NCBI GenBank assembly: GCA_949358305.1
Contig: OX442314.1
Location: forward strand, 31,682,001-31,746,000
Length of the DNA stretch: 64,000 nucleotides
DNA from: Strigamia acuminata
Taxonomy: Eukaryota
Direction of reading: 5' to 3'
In this document: positions 1 to 12,319 of the stretch, in pieces
How positions within the stretch are numbered: the stretch's first letter is position 1
Layout: each line of letters starts with the position of its first letter
Program-made: the position numbers and the translations under genes
Notes under the pieces: generated by a model
Databases searched by the model: none
Told to the model about the DNA's origin: nothing
What the model saw: the letters and a program-made list of their open reading frames with translations, nothing else

Positions 1-2205
1 TTTATCTGCACGCTGCTGTAATATAATGTTCTCGAAAGACATCGGGTAATCGGTCTCATTGGTGAGATATGCCAGAGCAACAGGCTCTATAATCTCAGTT
101 AGAGTTGCTTTCCCTTCTAATGGATTGCCATTATCAAGAGAGACTCTGGATAAGGCATCTGCGACTTGATTGTCGGTGCCTTTCCGGTACTTGATGGTGA
201 AATTTTCATTCTGCAATTTCATTGCCCACCTAGCCAGTCTTCCAGCTGGATTTTCCATTGTCATGAGAAATCTCAGAGCATGATGGTCAGTCTCAACTTG
301 GTATTCAGAATATTCAATGTATGGCTTGAACTTATCAACCGCCCAAACCACAGCTAAACATTCCAAATCGGTGGTGCTGTAGTTGTTTTCCGTGCCTTGC
401 AGAGTTCTGCTGGCGTACGCAACTGGTCTTAAAGCACCATGGTCATCAATTTGCATGAGGACAGCTCCGAGCCCGCCGCCACTAGCATCTGTATGGATGG
501 TGAAGTTGCGTGCGAAATCAGGCAGAGGCAGCATAATTCCTTTTGCAAGTTGATTTTTCAAATATTCGAAGGCAACATTGCATTCTTCAGACCATTCCCA
601 TTTTGTATCTTTCTTTAGAAGGGCAAAGAACGGTTTTTGAGTAATACTCAATTTTGGAATCAGAGCAGCATAGAAACCCACCATTCCAATAAAACGCTGA
701 AGTTGTTTTATACTGGAAGGGGTTGGATAATTTAAAATTGCTTCCACTTTGTCGTTGTTTGGGCTGTAACTCCCATTTGACATCGTGAAACCAAGAAAAC
801 TTAGTTCTTCTGGGCAAATAAATGACTTTGACGGACTCGCTGTCAATTTATTTTTGTCTAATTTTGACAATATGTCATCTAAATGCTGAAGGTGTTCTTC
901 AAATGAGTCGCTAAAGATGATAATATCATCGAGGTAAGCGAGTGCCCACTTGTGTTGTGCAGTTCCAAGAACTTGATCCATCATTCTCTGAAACGCACTG
1001 GGTGCATTGCACAGTCCGAAAGGCATACGAGTAAACTGGTATGTTCCATCAGAAGTAGAAAAAGCAGTTTTCTTCTTGTCACTTGGTTTAAGTTTTATTT
1101 GGTAATAACCTTTAGTTAAATCCAAAGTAGAAAAGAACTTTTTTCCACCTAAACAGGCCAAAATCATAGAAATTGAGGGCATCTGATAGACGTCCTTAAT
1201 TGTGATTTTATTTAGCCAGCGAAAGTCAATACAGAGGCGGTACCCTCCGTCTTTCTTTGCAACAATCACGGGGGGATTTTTATAACTCCCCTCGCAAGGT
1301 TCGGCCCAACCATCTCTCAGCAATTCAGCAACCAATTCGCGATAAATCTCAGCTTTCTTGGGATTCATTGGTCGGTCTTTGCATCGAAATGAAGGCGCAT
1401 CTCCAGTCGGAATTGGATGTTCCAACGTGGGGTGGCAGCCAGCTTTGTCACTAAACACATGTCTGTATTTTTCTACAAGAGTTAAGATTTGAGATCTCTG
1501 CCTTGGTGACAAATTGCTTTTTGCTAACAGTCTCTGGCTCAAATCAGCCGTGGAGACAGAAGGTGACTTTGATTCTGCAACCAAAGCATCCCATCGATCC
1601 ATTATTGCATTTCCAAGTTCTTCAGGCGATGGTGGGTCGTCGAAGGGAAATGTGTCATGTGGAAAATCAAGAAAGAAATATTCTCGATCTGTTAGATTGA
1701 GAACAATCCTATTTTCGATAATCCAAGAGCAACCTAATAATATAAATTTGGAAGCTGATGGAAGAACAGTAAATGTCACAGGGATTTCGCCACCCCGCCA
1801 CTTGAGTGACAGCGTGATTGTCCCGATTGGACGTGTTGGCCTATCGCCAGTGTATACAACTCGATTTTCTAAAAATGGAGTCATAAAGTGCAAGAGGTTT
1901 AGCTTTTTAAGCATTCCCCCGCTGATGTACCTGTGGGTTGCCCCAGAATCCATCAGAGCGGTGACCTTTAAACCGTTTAGTGTTGCTTTGAAGTAAGGCA
2001 GGGGAGTAATACTCTTTCCTGTCTTTAAAGCAACGTTTACATGGTCGATTTCAGGTTCTGTGGAAAAAACCACGCGAGGATCTGGCTCTGTGGATGAAAT
2101 GTCATCAAATAGAGCATCCTCCATGTCCTCTTCCATTGGAATCAACACTATAGTAAGAGCGCAGTCGTCAGTTACTCGGGGGTTTCTGTCGACTGCGACT
2201 CCTCG
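1..2205 (-). CDS. pol: pol of copy A (protease, RT, RNase H), partial, in the -1 frame relative to gag
   Basis: DSGA protease motif and YLDD RT motif; no net indel versus the full-length copy; TAT codon where the full-length copy has TAG. Confidence 0.9.
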
Positions 2206-3773
2206 TTTCCCGACATTTCAGGCCAGCCACCAAATTCATTGGCTGCAAGCATAGCCTGCATCATGCTGTGTTGGGCAGCGGCGATTGTTTCCATTGCTGC
2301 TTTAGCGGCTTCCACTTTAAGGGGGCAATCCCTTTCAAAGTGTGCGCCACCGCAGCCCCAGCAACCGCCAACTCTTGGTTTGGTCGCATAGTCTTTGAGC
2401 CTATTGCTCGGGACTAGCGCCTTCTCGTTGCCTTCTGCGGCCTTTGTTGCTGCTATCGCAGCATTTTTAGGCGCAGGGAACAGTGTTCTATTGTTTGGAT
2501 TTCTCAATCCAAACGGAACAAATTTCGGTTTATCTCCACCCGCAGCATTTGGTATTGTTACCATTTGCTGGTTGGATTTTTGAATTGGCGTAACAGTTTC
2601 TGTTTTTGCCGCCTCGATGATTGCTGCATTTGTCACAGTTTCCTGATTTATGATCGCGGCCTCCGTAGCAATGCAGGCTCTCCTGAGCGACGCCCAAGTG
2701 TTCTCCAAATTAATGGCATTTGCGACCATGTTTTTGGCCGCTGGGCGCAGAATTGCCAGCACTTTTTGAATTTGCTGGCTCTCGTGCACAGGAATAGTCA
2801 ATTGAGCGTATAACTTCTCGAGTCTTATCACCACTTGGGTGGCAGACTCATGAGACAGTTGCTGTGTTTTAGCAATTTCTGCTAAAAGCAGCGCATCGCT
2901 CGGACGAAAATGGGTGATAAATTCATGTTCGAATTCCTCCCAATTCGTTTTGGCATGAGAAGAGAACCATGTGGCCGCATCTCCTCGGAAAAACTTAAAC
3001 AAATGCTCAGCAAGCACTTGGTTCAGATAGGGCAAAGCAAAGCGTAGAGAACGTTTTAAATCAATAAGGAAAGACTTAGCTTTCGTTTTGTCCCCTGCAA
3101 ACGCTTCAATTCCAATGGATTTGACTCGTTTACTTAGCTCTACTTCATCCATTGGTCTGGGAGCAGGCATAGCCTGGTCAGTTTTGTGAAGAAACTTTTC
3201 TCCCCAAGCCAGAAAAAGAGGATTTCCAGTCGTAGGCGTTGAGCCTGTGCTGGATCCAGAGTTTGGTGTTGTCACGGTGGGAGAAATCGTGTTTGAGATT
3301 GCAGATTGTGCTCTCAAATTCGATTGTCCAGCCGCCACCACGCTGTCAACGATAGCTTTTTGACTAGCTATCATCTTCAACAAGCTTTCATTCGATAATT
3401 TCGTAGAGTCTAACTCCTGCAAAGCATGAGTTAACCGGTCGCTAATATCACCGAATTCCGTGCGCGTTTGCGTTAATTGACGCATAGTGCTATCCGATTT
3501 GTCTTGGAGTTCCACCAAGTGATCGGCTACTTTCAGAAGCGTGTCTTCCCACACTTCGTAGGTTGTCATATCATCGATAACTAGATTAAAGACGTTGCAA
3601 GTCGTTTCAAGCATCGCTTGATCCAACAATTTAACTTTAGGACTTGACATATCGTCGTTTGAAGAAGCAATCGAATTGTTATCCGAGTCGTTCAAATCTG
3701 AATCCGTTGCGGGTGTGAAAGAATTAGGTGCAGGAGAGTCCCACGTGGTCTTACCAGTTCTGGTCGCTGGCAT
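2172..3773 (-). CDS. gag: gag of copy A (N-terminal coiled coil, capsid, CX2CX3HX4C knuckle)
   Basis: 564-aa ORF; first ATG gives MPATRTG and the relative also starts ATGCCA at the matching position; capsid-like FRGDAATWF..WEEFEHEFITHF; CWGCGGAHFERDC. Confidence 0.93.
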   Translation of the reverse strand: MPATRTGKTTWDSPAPNSFTPATDSDLNDSDNNSIASSNDDMSSPKVKLLDQAMLETTCNVFNLVIDDMTTYEVWEDTLLKVADHLVELQDKSDSTMRQLTQTRTEFGDISDRLTHALQELDSTKLSNESLLKMIASQKAIVDSVVAAGQSNLRAQSAISNTISPTVTTPNSGSSTGSTPTTGNPLFLAWGEKFLHKTDQAMPAPRPMDEVELSKRVKSIGIEAFAGDKTKAKSFLIDLKRSLRFALPYLNQVLAEHLFKFFRGDAATWFSSHAKTNWEEFEHEFITHFRPSDALLLAEIAKTQQLSHESATQVVIRLEKLYAQLTIPVHESQQIQKVLAILRPAAKNMVANAINLENTWASLRRACIATEAAIINQETVTNAAIIEAAKTETVTPIQKSNQQMVTIPNAAGGDKPKFVPFGLRNPNNRTLFPAPKNAAIAATKAAEGNEKALVPSNRLKDYATKPRVGGCWGCGGAHFERDCPLKVEAAKAAMETIAAAQHSMMQAMLAANEFGGWPEMSGNEESQSTETPE

Positions 3774-5967
3774 TGACACAATGTGACCAAAAGCAGGACC
3801 GCAGCTTGCAAGGTGAACAAGTGGAATTAAGTCACGACCAATGAGGAGACAGGAGATTAGGCTCAAGTAGCCATTCTTGGGAGAGGGATTAGTGATGTCA
3901 CTTCCCCCCCCTGGTTTCCCATTGGTAGAAAAATTAAATTAATTCATGGAATTGATTTCCCAGAGTTCCAAGAAAATGTCAAAATTTAAAATTCCAATCA
4001 TTCTCGAAAATTCCGAGATTTCCACATGTTTTTCTATTGTTTTCAGGTCGCCATCTTGATTTTTTGACAAAAAATAAAACTTTGACCAATATAAATGCCG
4101 AATTTTCTCCATTTCTGAAGAGAAACAACATTTTTTTGAAAGCAAAATAGAAATTTGTTTGGAACTAGAAGTTCTGAACCAGATCAAAATGGTCTGATTC
4201 CACAAAAACATGACTTTTGTGCTTTCCTAAAAAAGCACGAAATCATGTCTGTAGAACTTCGAAATTTTCAAACCAGTTAATTTTATCATTGTTGGCAACA
4301 AATAACAAAATCAAACCGCGCTAGCGCGCAGACAAACCGATTCTTGATGCCTCGCAAGAAGAAACAGAGGAAGAAAGATAAGAAAATAAAAATAAAAAAT
4401 TACAAAATACTGGGTGTTTTTTAATCTAAAAGACACTCAAAAAGTTCCAATTTTTAGCAGAAGGTTTTTGCAGATATTTACACTACGGGGATATTGTTGC
4501 AATCTCTTCTTCTGCCCCAAGAGACCAACAAACGCGCCCGCTCACCCCTTTCGGAGACTCATTCCAGTCTGCACGAGGCTGCCTTTCGACAGAAACGTGC
4601 CTACACTGAGATGTCTGTTCATCCCAATGAAATGGTGTTTTTTGTGGAACAGTCAGTTGCACTTAAAGTAAGAAGGAAATGCATCTTCTGTCCCTAGTCG
4701 CCTTGGGTCCCACCCTTCAGCCGCCATTGTGAAGCCATATCGCCCTCCATTTGGCGCTGTATACAACCCGGCATTTGAGGTGATTACTACCGCTGTCAGG
4801 TGTGGAGTCCCAAGAAAACCATGAAAATCATAGATAGGGAAGTTTAGAGAAAAAGTAAAAAATGAAAAATATGTAAAAACAACTAATTTCCAAATTACAG
4901 AGATTGCTCCAGACTGTGGTTCGAGCACAGTCCTTTAACAAACTGCAGTAGCCCAGAAATCAAGCAAGAGTGAATAAAATTCAGAAACAAAAGTTACAGG
5001 CTAGATTCCCAATCTTTTTTCAAAGTTGGTAGCTACCTGAACGCACAGATATCGTTCCTACGCCCTAACGAACTCTCTGTACCATTTGAGCACTTCACCA
5101 TCGGTATCCCCGTACCTCCGGCAGCTCTCCCTGCTGTCCGTGTCCCAATTTCAGCAACTCTTGGGTTAAATACGTTAACTTGCAGTTGCCTACCAACCAG
5201 TACACGGGACAGGGTAGGATTATGACCGATGTGAACCCGGATGAGCGCCTTGAGCAGCCACAACGCAACCCATAAATTATGAGTCGCAACAAAAATCAAG
5301 GCAGTCTTCCCATGTGTGCGGACACTTCGCTGCTACTCGGGTCCAACTACACGCCAACTCACCGCACGTGACTGTTCCCGCGCCAGCGACCACTAAGCTA
5401 GCAACCTGCATCCAAGCGACTAAACGTCCTACAAGAAATTTGGTGTCACTCAAAGCTCAGTTCAACATCGCCTCCTCGCCCGGCCCATAATGGAACCAGT
5501 GATTGCAGCGTGGCACCTGGAATATGACCGCTTCTCCCCCGTGGGATTTGGTTTGCTGGTGGCCACCAGCGCGCCTCCTCCACGAATCGAGTTTGAATAC
5601 GCTGCAGACTGTCCCATTACTTTTACTTGGGCTGCGCACCAAGAAATAAAAATAATAAAGAAGGTTTGGAATTATATTCCCCTCCCAACCACTCAGTTTT
5701 TTAGGCTAAGCTAGAAAGGAATAGAAGACCGTTGGAAAGTGTGGCTAGTGTAAGTCCCGGCTTGCCAGTACCCAGGCAAGCTGGACATGCAAAGCCACCA
5801 ATTTTTGTCTGATCAGGGTCCAATGGTCAGCGATTAGCGGCCGTTTCGCCTGCTGACCCCCTGTCACAATCATGACCAAGGAAATTTCCCCCTCTAGTTG
5901 AAAGAAAAAATTCATTTAATATTGTGCTTCGCACAATCAGTAAATTAGAATAGTATTCGCAAGAGAA
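3774..5967 (-). ncRNA. long structured 5' leader RNA of copy A
   Basis: No conserved ORF; stems with compensatory changes versus 6628-8979; G-U pairs favour the minus strand. Confidence 0.75.
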
Positions 5968-5991
5968 TTCAAAATCCTGGACGGGCCCACA
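5968..5991 (-). promoter_or_regulatory. tRNA-Pro-type primer binding site (imperfect)
   Basis: Minus strand TGTGGGCCCGTCCAGGATTTTGAA, 2 nt after the LTR, versus tRNA-Pro complement TGGGGGCTCGTCCGGGATTTGAA. Confidence 0.8.
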
Positions 5992-5993
5992 AT

Positions 5994-6616
5994 TGTGAGT
6001 GTTCGGACGGACGCCACGTGGTCGGGGGAGAGCCACGGAGGCGCTGGACGCAACACACACGATAAAACAAACCACGAAATACACGGAGACACAATATAGT
6101 TTTAGTTATGGCTTTATTAGATGTCTAGGGGTATGATTGTAGTGTCCCATAGTGTATTTCCCAAGGCGGCGGTTCCTTCGAACCGTCCCTAATCAGACCG
6201 CGTGGCACGGCGGCCATCGGCCGCCATGACACACGAGGTCGGTAATCGGTTTTGGGCCACGCCGCCGAAGTTACGGTTAACGTCCGGCGGACGTGGCGCA
6301 ACTGGACGCTCAGGTCCCGGCGGGCGATATCATCGCCACGCCGATAGTTTGGGTTATCTCAATAGCCAGTTTTGGAGGCGGTCGCAACACGACCGTTCGC
6401 CTTGCTGGTTGATCAACAACTCTCTTGTCCCTACGGGGACCAACCACTTCCGGAAGGGCGACTTCCGGGGCCCGATCCTGCTTGACCAAAGGCCCGCAGC
6501 TCCACCTGGTTGCGGGGAACCGCAACAGGCTGCGCGAGATACGAGAGGCGCTGGAGCTGCGCCAAGTGCATTGCCGTTGCAGTGCAGCGACCCGTGCGCA
6601 GGGGCAGCTGGTCACA
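5994..6616 (-). repeat. 5' LTR of copy A (623 bp)
   Basis: TGTGA...TCACA termini; AATAAA on minus; about 3 differences from the LTRs of the full-length copy. Confidence 0.96.
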
Positions 6617-9600
6617 GTGTGTGGCATTGGCCGAACTGTGCCAGAAGACAGGTCCGCAGAAAAACAAAATGGACGCAAAGGATTAGTTTGCAACCAATTA
6701 GAGGTCAGCGATGTTGTGAATTTTAGCCATTCATGGGGGAGGGATTAGTGATGTCACTCCCCCCCATTATCCCCATAAATCACGTGATTGGTTCGAAATT
6801 CCCAGAAGTTATTTCCCAGAGTTCCAAAAACTTTTAGTTTCTCGAAATTCCAGAATTTCTGGAAAAATCTTAGATTTCCACATGGTTTTCCTATTGTTTC
6901 CAGGTCGCCATCTTTGGTTTTTGAAAAAATAAAAACTTTGACCACAAAAAATGATTTGATTATTTCTGTTTTTGCAGAAAAACCAACATTTTGAAAACAA
7001 CAGAAGGTGATTGTTTGGTACTAGAAGCCATAGAACCAGATCATAAATGGTCTGATTCCAAAGAAACATGACTTTTGTACTTTTTAAAAGCACTCAAATC
7101 ATGTCCCAAAAGCTTCGACATTACCAAACGAATGGTTTTTACCATTGTTAAAACAACGGTAAGGTGACACGCAAAAGCGTTAATTAGTCCCACAACTTTA
7201 TTGTTTTGCAACAAAGAAGTAGAATACACAAAATAATCCCACAACTTTATTGTTTTGCAACAAAGAAGTAGAATACACAAAATAATCCCACAACTTTATT
7301 GTTTTGCAACAAAGAAGTAGAATTCCAAAAAAAGAAGAAAGATAAGAAAAAAATACAATGAAAAATGATAAAAGATGTGTGAATTTCCTAAAGAAAATCA
7401 CCCCAAAACTTACAATTTTTAGCAGAAGTCTGCAGAAATAAACAGGGATATTACTAGTTCTCTCCTTCTGCCCCAAGAAAATAGCAATTGCGCCCGCTCG
7501 CCTACGCTGAGGCCTTCACCTCAGTCTGCACGAGGCTGCCTTCTCGACAGAAAACGTGCCTACACTGGAATGTCTGCTCATCCCAATGAAGTGGTTGTTT
7601 GTTTGGGACAATCAGATATGTTTTAAAAGTAGAAGGCAAACACACCTGTTGTCCCTAGTCTCCCTGGGTCCCACCCTTCAGCTGCCATCTCGAAGCCATA
7701 TCACCTTCCATTTGGTGCTGTATACCGCCCGGCATGAAATACTTGTATTCAATTGCAATGATATCTACTGTCAGGTGTGGAGTCCAAGGAAACCATGAAA
7801 ATAATAGATAGAGAAGTAAAAATTGAAGAGAAAGAAAAATGAAATAAGTGTAAATAAAAAAATAAAGTTTCCAAATTGCAAAGATTGCTTTAAAACTGTG
7901 GTTCGAGCACAGTCTCTACACAACCAGTAACAACTCGAAAAGTTTAAAAAAAGTGAATAAAATATTGAAAATAAAGTTACAGGCTAGATTCCCAGTCTTT
8001 TTTCAAAGCTGGTAGCTACCTGAATATACAGATATCGTTCCTACGCCCTAACGAGCTCTCTGTATCATTTGGGCACTTCACCATCGGTATCCCCGTACCT
8101 CCGGCAGCCCGCCCCGCTGTCCAAGTCCCAGTCTCCACAGTTCTTAGGTTGTGTACACCAACTTGCAACTGTTTCTGACCAGTACTTGGGACAGGGTAGG
8201 AATTAAACGGAATGAACTTGGTATTTCAGCACTTTAAGCAGCAGCAGGGCAATTCAGAGCTTATGAATCGCCACAGCAACCTCCAAGCCACTTTTCCCAT
8301 GCTTGCCAGCACTTCGCTGCTACCCGGATCCCATTTATTGACAACCGCTCAGTGCATCCTGAGTGTTCCATGCCATGCAACTTCCCCGTAATAGCAACCT
8401 GGATACCGGGTAATACCCCGGTCTTCAAAAGGTCTTTGTGCTCAAAGCTCAGTTCATTGCAACGCTTCCTCGCCCGGCCCATAATGGAACCATTGGCTGC
8501 AGTGTGGCAATTGGATTATGCCCGCATTGGTTTTAGCGTAACCGCCTATCCCCTGTGGGTTTTGGCTTGTTGGTGGCCACCAACGCGCCTCCTCCTCTAA
8601 TCAGGTTCAAAACTCTGCAGTTATAGTGCCATTACTTTACATGGGCTTCGCACCAAGAAAATAAAAATAAAAGCAAGGTTCAGAATCATATTCCCCTCCC
8701 AACCACCCAGTTGTTTAAGCTGAGCTAGAGAAAAATAGGAGACTTTTGGAAAGTATGGCTAATGTAAGTCCCTGCTTGCCATTACCCAGGCAAGCTGGAC
8801 ATGCACAGCCAAAAATTTTTGTCAAATCAGGGTCCAATGGTCAGCGATTAGCGGCCGTTTCGCTTGCTGACCCCCTGTCACAACCATGACCAAAGAAGTT
8901 TCCCCCTCTTTTGAAAGAAAAGAGATTTGTCTAATATGGTGTTTTGCACCATCAGTAAACAAAAATTTTTCGCCAGAGAGTTCAAAATCTCGGACGGGCC
9001 CACAATTGTGAGTGTTCGGACGGACGCCACGTGGTCTGGGGAGGACCGCGAGGCGCTGGACGCAACACACACGATGATTAAATCCACGAAATACACGAAA
9101 GACACAAGTTTAGGTTTTGGTTATTACTTTATTGTTGTCTAGGGGTATGATATGGTGTCTCAAGGTGTATTTCCCAAATGTAATAGCGGTTTTGCCGCTA
9201 TTCCTGATTGACCACGTGTCACGGCAATCGGTAGATCGCCATGACACGCGAGATCGGTTTTACGCAGTTTGTGCCGCGTCGTCGCAACGTTCTTACGAAC
9301 GTGCGGCGAACACGGCGTGTTGGACGCTCAGGTCCCGACCGGCGACAGCATTGCTGCGTCGGTCCTTCGGGTCTCAACTACGATCGGCATTGCGAAGAAG
9401 GTCGGAAAGCGACCGTTCGCCATGCTGGTCAAGAATCAACTGTCGGGCTACTGCGGGGCCCACCACTTCCGGAAGGGGCACTTCCGGTTCCCAATTGGCC
9501 GGAGCCAACGACCGACAGCTCCACCTGGTGCGGGGGACCGCGCCAGGTCGCGCACGAGAAACACGAGGTGCGCGAGAGCTTGGAAGCGCCGTGTGTCGCA

Positions 9601-9636
9601 GTGAAGTGACACAGGCTGAGTGAACAGCTGGTCACA
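6617..9636 (-). mobile_element. diverged relative (element B): 5' LTR 9007-9636, PBS 8980-9004, structured leader, gag start interrupted by copy A
   Basis: Same LTR ends and PBS and collinear leader blocks; ATGCCACACAC abuts the copy A LTR. Confidence 0.92.
7188..7323. repeat. 49-bp tandem repeat (~2.8 copies) in the element B leader
   Basis: tcccacaactttattgttttgcaacaaagaagtagaatacacaaaataa at 7188, 7237 and 7286. Confidence 0.95.
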
Positions 9637-9789
9637 TTTTGAATTAAAACATGATTTTGTTAGATTTAAGAATTATGTAAAGATGATAACTTAAATTTGG
9701 AGGCATTGCTTTCAGTATGGGTTATTGGGTTTTAAGTCTCTTGTTGATTTAATTATTTTTAGTAGTGTAGTGTTTATCGCAAGCACTAA

Positions 9790-10910
9790 TGATTTGTTCT
9801 ACCTTCACCGAATATCGTGTTTTTGCGCCTGTGAACCCCGTACTGATCGTTCTCACAAAGGAAGGCGTCGGTCGGTCGGTCGGTTCGTGAGTGTGCTTCG
9901 TCGTAACTGATTGTGGTTTATTTAGGTAAATTTCTGTCCTCAGATGAGTAATTTTTCAACGTAATGTTCCAAAGTAAGTTTGTTTAGCGATGCGTCTGGT
10001 TTATTTCACTACTTAATTCGAATTTTGCAACTTGTTTTTGTTAAACATTTCATTCCATCCGTGCGTCATATTTCAAGGGAGTGGTCACTCAAAAAGCAGG
10101 AAAATTGTTCGATTTGGAAGTGAAAAATTACTCACACTGTATGGAAATTCTAATTTTTCGACATACTAAATGTTTTTGTTTATATTTATTTTTTACTTTT
10201 TTATATTTTAATTTTTTTTCACACATGCATTAATTGTTAGTAGAATTGCTGGCGATTGCTGGACAAAATGTATTGGATTGTTCGAACAAAGATAATGGTA
10301 AATAGTAAATTAGGGGGTGTAAAATCCAACTCTCAACCTTCACGCGGTCACCCCTGGAGAAACTGACGACTTAACTAGTCCCAGTGGAACCAAAAGAGAG
10401 CTCTGGTCAAATGCAGCTGCATGCAATTTGTCCTGCTATCAATTTAAAAAAAAATATATATCTTGTGGTTGATATATTTTGTATTGTAAGCCCGCATTCC
10501 TCACAACTATCGTGGCATTTACATTTATTTGTATTGCAAGCCCACACCCCCTACAAGATTGTGGCATTTACATTTATTTGTATTGTAAGCCTGCAAATCC
10601 TACAAGATTGTGGCATTTACATTTATTTGTATTGTAAGCCTGCAATCCTACATGTGGCATTTACATGATTTTATACCGCATTTTATACCACATTGTCACA
10701 TGAATGTGGCATTTTCTTTAGAAGATTCCTGAAATATTTGTGCAGGTGCTGTTGGTGGTTCTTGATTCAATTTTTGAGATTGATTGTTCCTGTTATTTGG
10801 CCATTTGTGTAAAATGATAATTTTCATATTTTATTATCTTGGCTCTCTGGTGTTGATTAGGTTTTATATTCACATTATCATTCAAAGGTTAATTGGTCTA
10901 ATAGTTTCTC
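9790..10910. repeat. interspersed repeat family copy 1 (probable non-autonomous DNA transposon or Helitron) with internal ~50-bp minisatellite
   Basis: Homologous to 25651-27010 and 55032-57260; ggtcggtcggtcgg and gtggcatttacatttatttgtattgtaagcc units. Confidence 0.85.
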
Positions 10911-11064
10911 CTCCAGTTTATGTTTTACTTTCTACCTTCCCCATCGAGACACGGGCAGACCGTGTTCGTACTTTGTTAGAATTTGGCTTTCTTACTCCTC
11001 CCGTACCAACGTTCGGATTTGTTCCAGTCTGGCGCCGGGAATCTATTCCTAGATGATATTCTGC

Positions 11065-11993
11065 CGCTCCAATTGAATCGCTCATACCCGGTGGCGTCCC
11101 CACCTGCAGTTGGTGTCGATGACCCGTGTAGAAATGTAATTTTATCCACATCGTTGGATGATTCTTCAAGAAGATTTTTTTAAAAATCTATCGAACACCC
11201 TTTGTTTTCCCTTTAGCCTGATCGTTTGTTATATTTTGTAATGATTCTATCTGACTTTTGAGAGATTGACACTCCATGTCTTTTTCATCCACCTGTGTCT
11301 GCAGATTGATGATCGTATTCTGCAGTTGTCTAATTTTTTCTTCTGCTTCGATGTGGAGTCGGGTATCCGCTCGAATGATTAACGACGTTGGCGGACATGT
11401 GTTGAAATTTAAGTTGAGAGAAAATCTGTTCTGGTTGATCAACAATTACTTTTTTCTCTTGAGTCAATCAATTATTCTTTTTATGCAGTGCGTTCAAGCT
11501 TTCACACATGCATCCTAAGTAACAAAATTCTTCCCGACAATCACTGTTGCTTCTTTTCATACCTGGACAACGTGGTGAATCCTGTAACTCCACATAATCT
11601 GCTGGAGGTTTGCTGACAATTATTTTCTTTGACAAATCTTCATAATGGTCTTCTAATAGTCGCTCCAAATAAATCGCTCATACACGGTGGCGTCCCCACC
11701 TGCAGTTGGTGTCGATGACCCGTGTAGAAATGTAATTTTATCCACATCGTTGGATGATTCTTCAAGAAGATTTTTTTAAAAATCTATCGAACACTCTTTG
11801 GATTACTTTTAGCCTGATCGTTTCTTATATTTTGTAATGATTCTATTTGATTTTTGAGAGATTGACACTCCATGTCTTTTTCATCCACCTGTGTCTGCAG
11901 ATTGATGATCGTATTCTGCAGTTGTCTAAATTTTTCTTCTGCCTCGACGTGGAGTCGGGTATCCGCTCGAATGATTAACGACGTTGGCGGACA
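11065..11993. repeat. ~330-bp direct duplication (11065-11397 and 11661-11993) in a coiled-coil, gag-like remnant
   Basis: Near-identical blocks 596 bp apart; both encode RADTRLHxEAEEKxRQLQNTIINLQTQVDEKD on minus. Confidence 0.85.
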
Positions 11994-12319
11994 CGTGTCC
12001 GATTGCCAATCCGACATGTAGCCTGCGGACTGGTAATCCATGGTTGGAGGAACTTGATGACTACTCGAGGGGCTCTGATAGCCTGTAGTGATGGCAGCGG
12101 CCATCGGTGTGGAAGTTGCTTCAAGTTTGTTTGACACTTGTGTCGGCCCACCAATGCTTCCACTAGCGAATGCAGGCAAGTACGGTCGGTTGTTCTTTGG
12201 CTGCATCATTGGTTTCAACCCCAGCTCAATCTCGCTCTTCTTCACCTGCCATTCCCCACGAATTTTCATGGCACCCTGGCTGGCCGTTTCTCCGCTAGCA
12301 AGAGCTTTCTTGATCAGTT

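Larger units (their letters stand above)
1..6616 (-). mobile_element. Ty3/Gypsy LTR retrotransposon copy A, 5' half; continues off the left edge
   Basis: Collinear with 47495-54114 (offset 47494 across gag-pol); contains 5' LTR, PBS, long leader, gag and PR-RT-RNaseH. Confidence 0.97.

Noticed and set aside
3774..3866. gag start at TTG 3866/51360 from the ORF track
   Set aside because: The extension is not conserved in element B, whereas ATGCCA is
5470..5492. HDV-like ribozyme (GCCTCCTCGCCCGGC on plus)
   Set aside because: P3/L3 resemblance only; no convincing P1, P2 or catalytic J4/2 cytidine
4500..5640. Group II intron (GTGCG start, GAAA hairpin)
   Set aside because: No domain V with a conserved AGC/CGC triad and no domain VI recognised
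4653..5714. Short ORFs or coding exons in the Gypsy leader
   Set aside because: Frame-breaking indels versus element B; changes follow base pairing, not codon position
6123..6138. tRNA-Pro gene
   Set aside because: Only two separated fragments, in reversed order; no cloverleaf
6202..6748. Overlapping ORFs in the LTRs (also 43531, 53700, 9117)
   Set aside because: GC-rich LTR sequence open in several frames; frames not conserved between A and B
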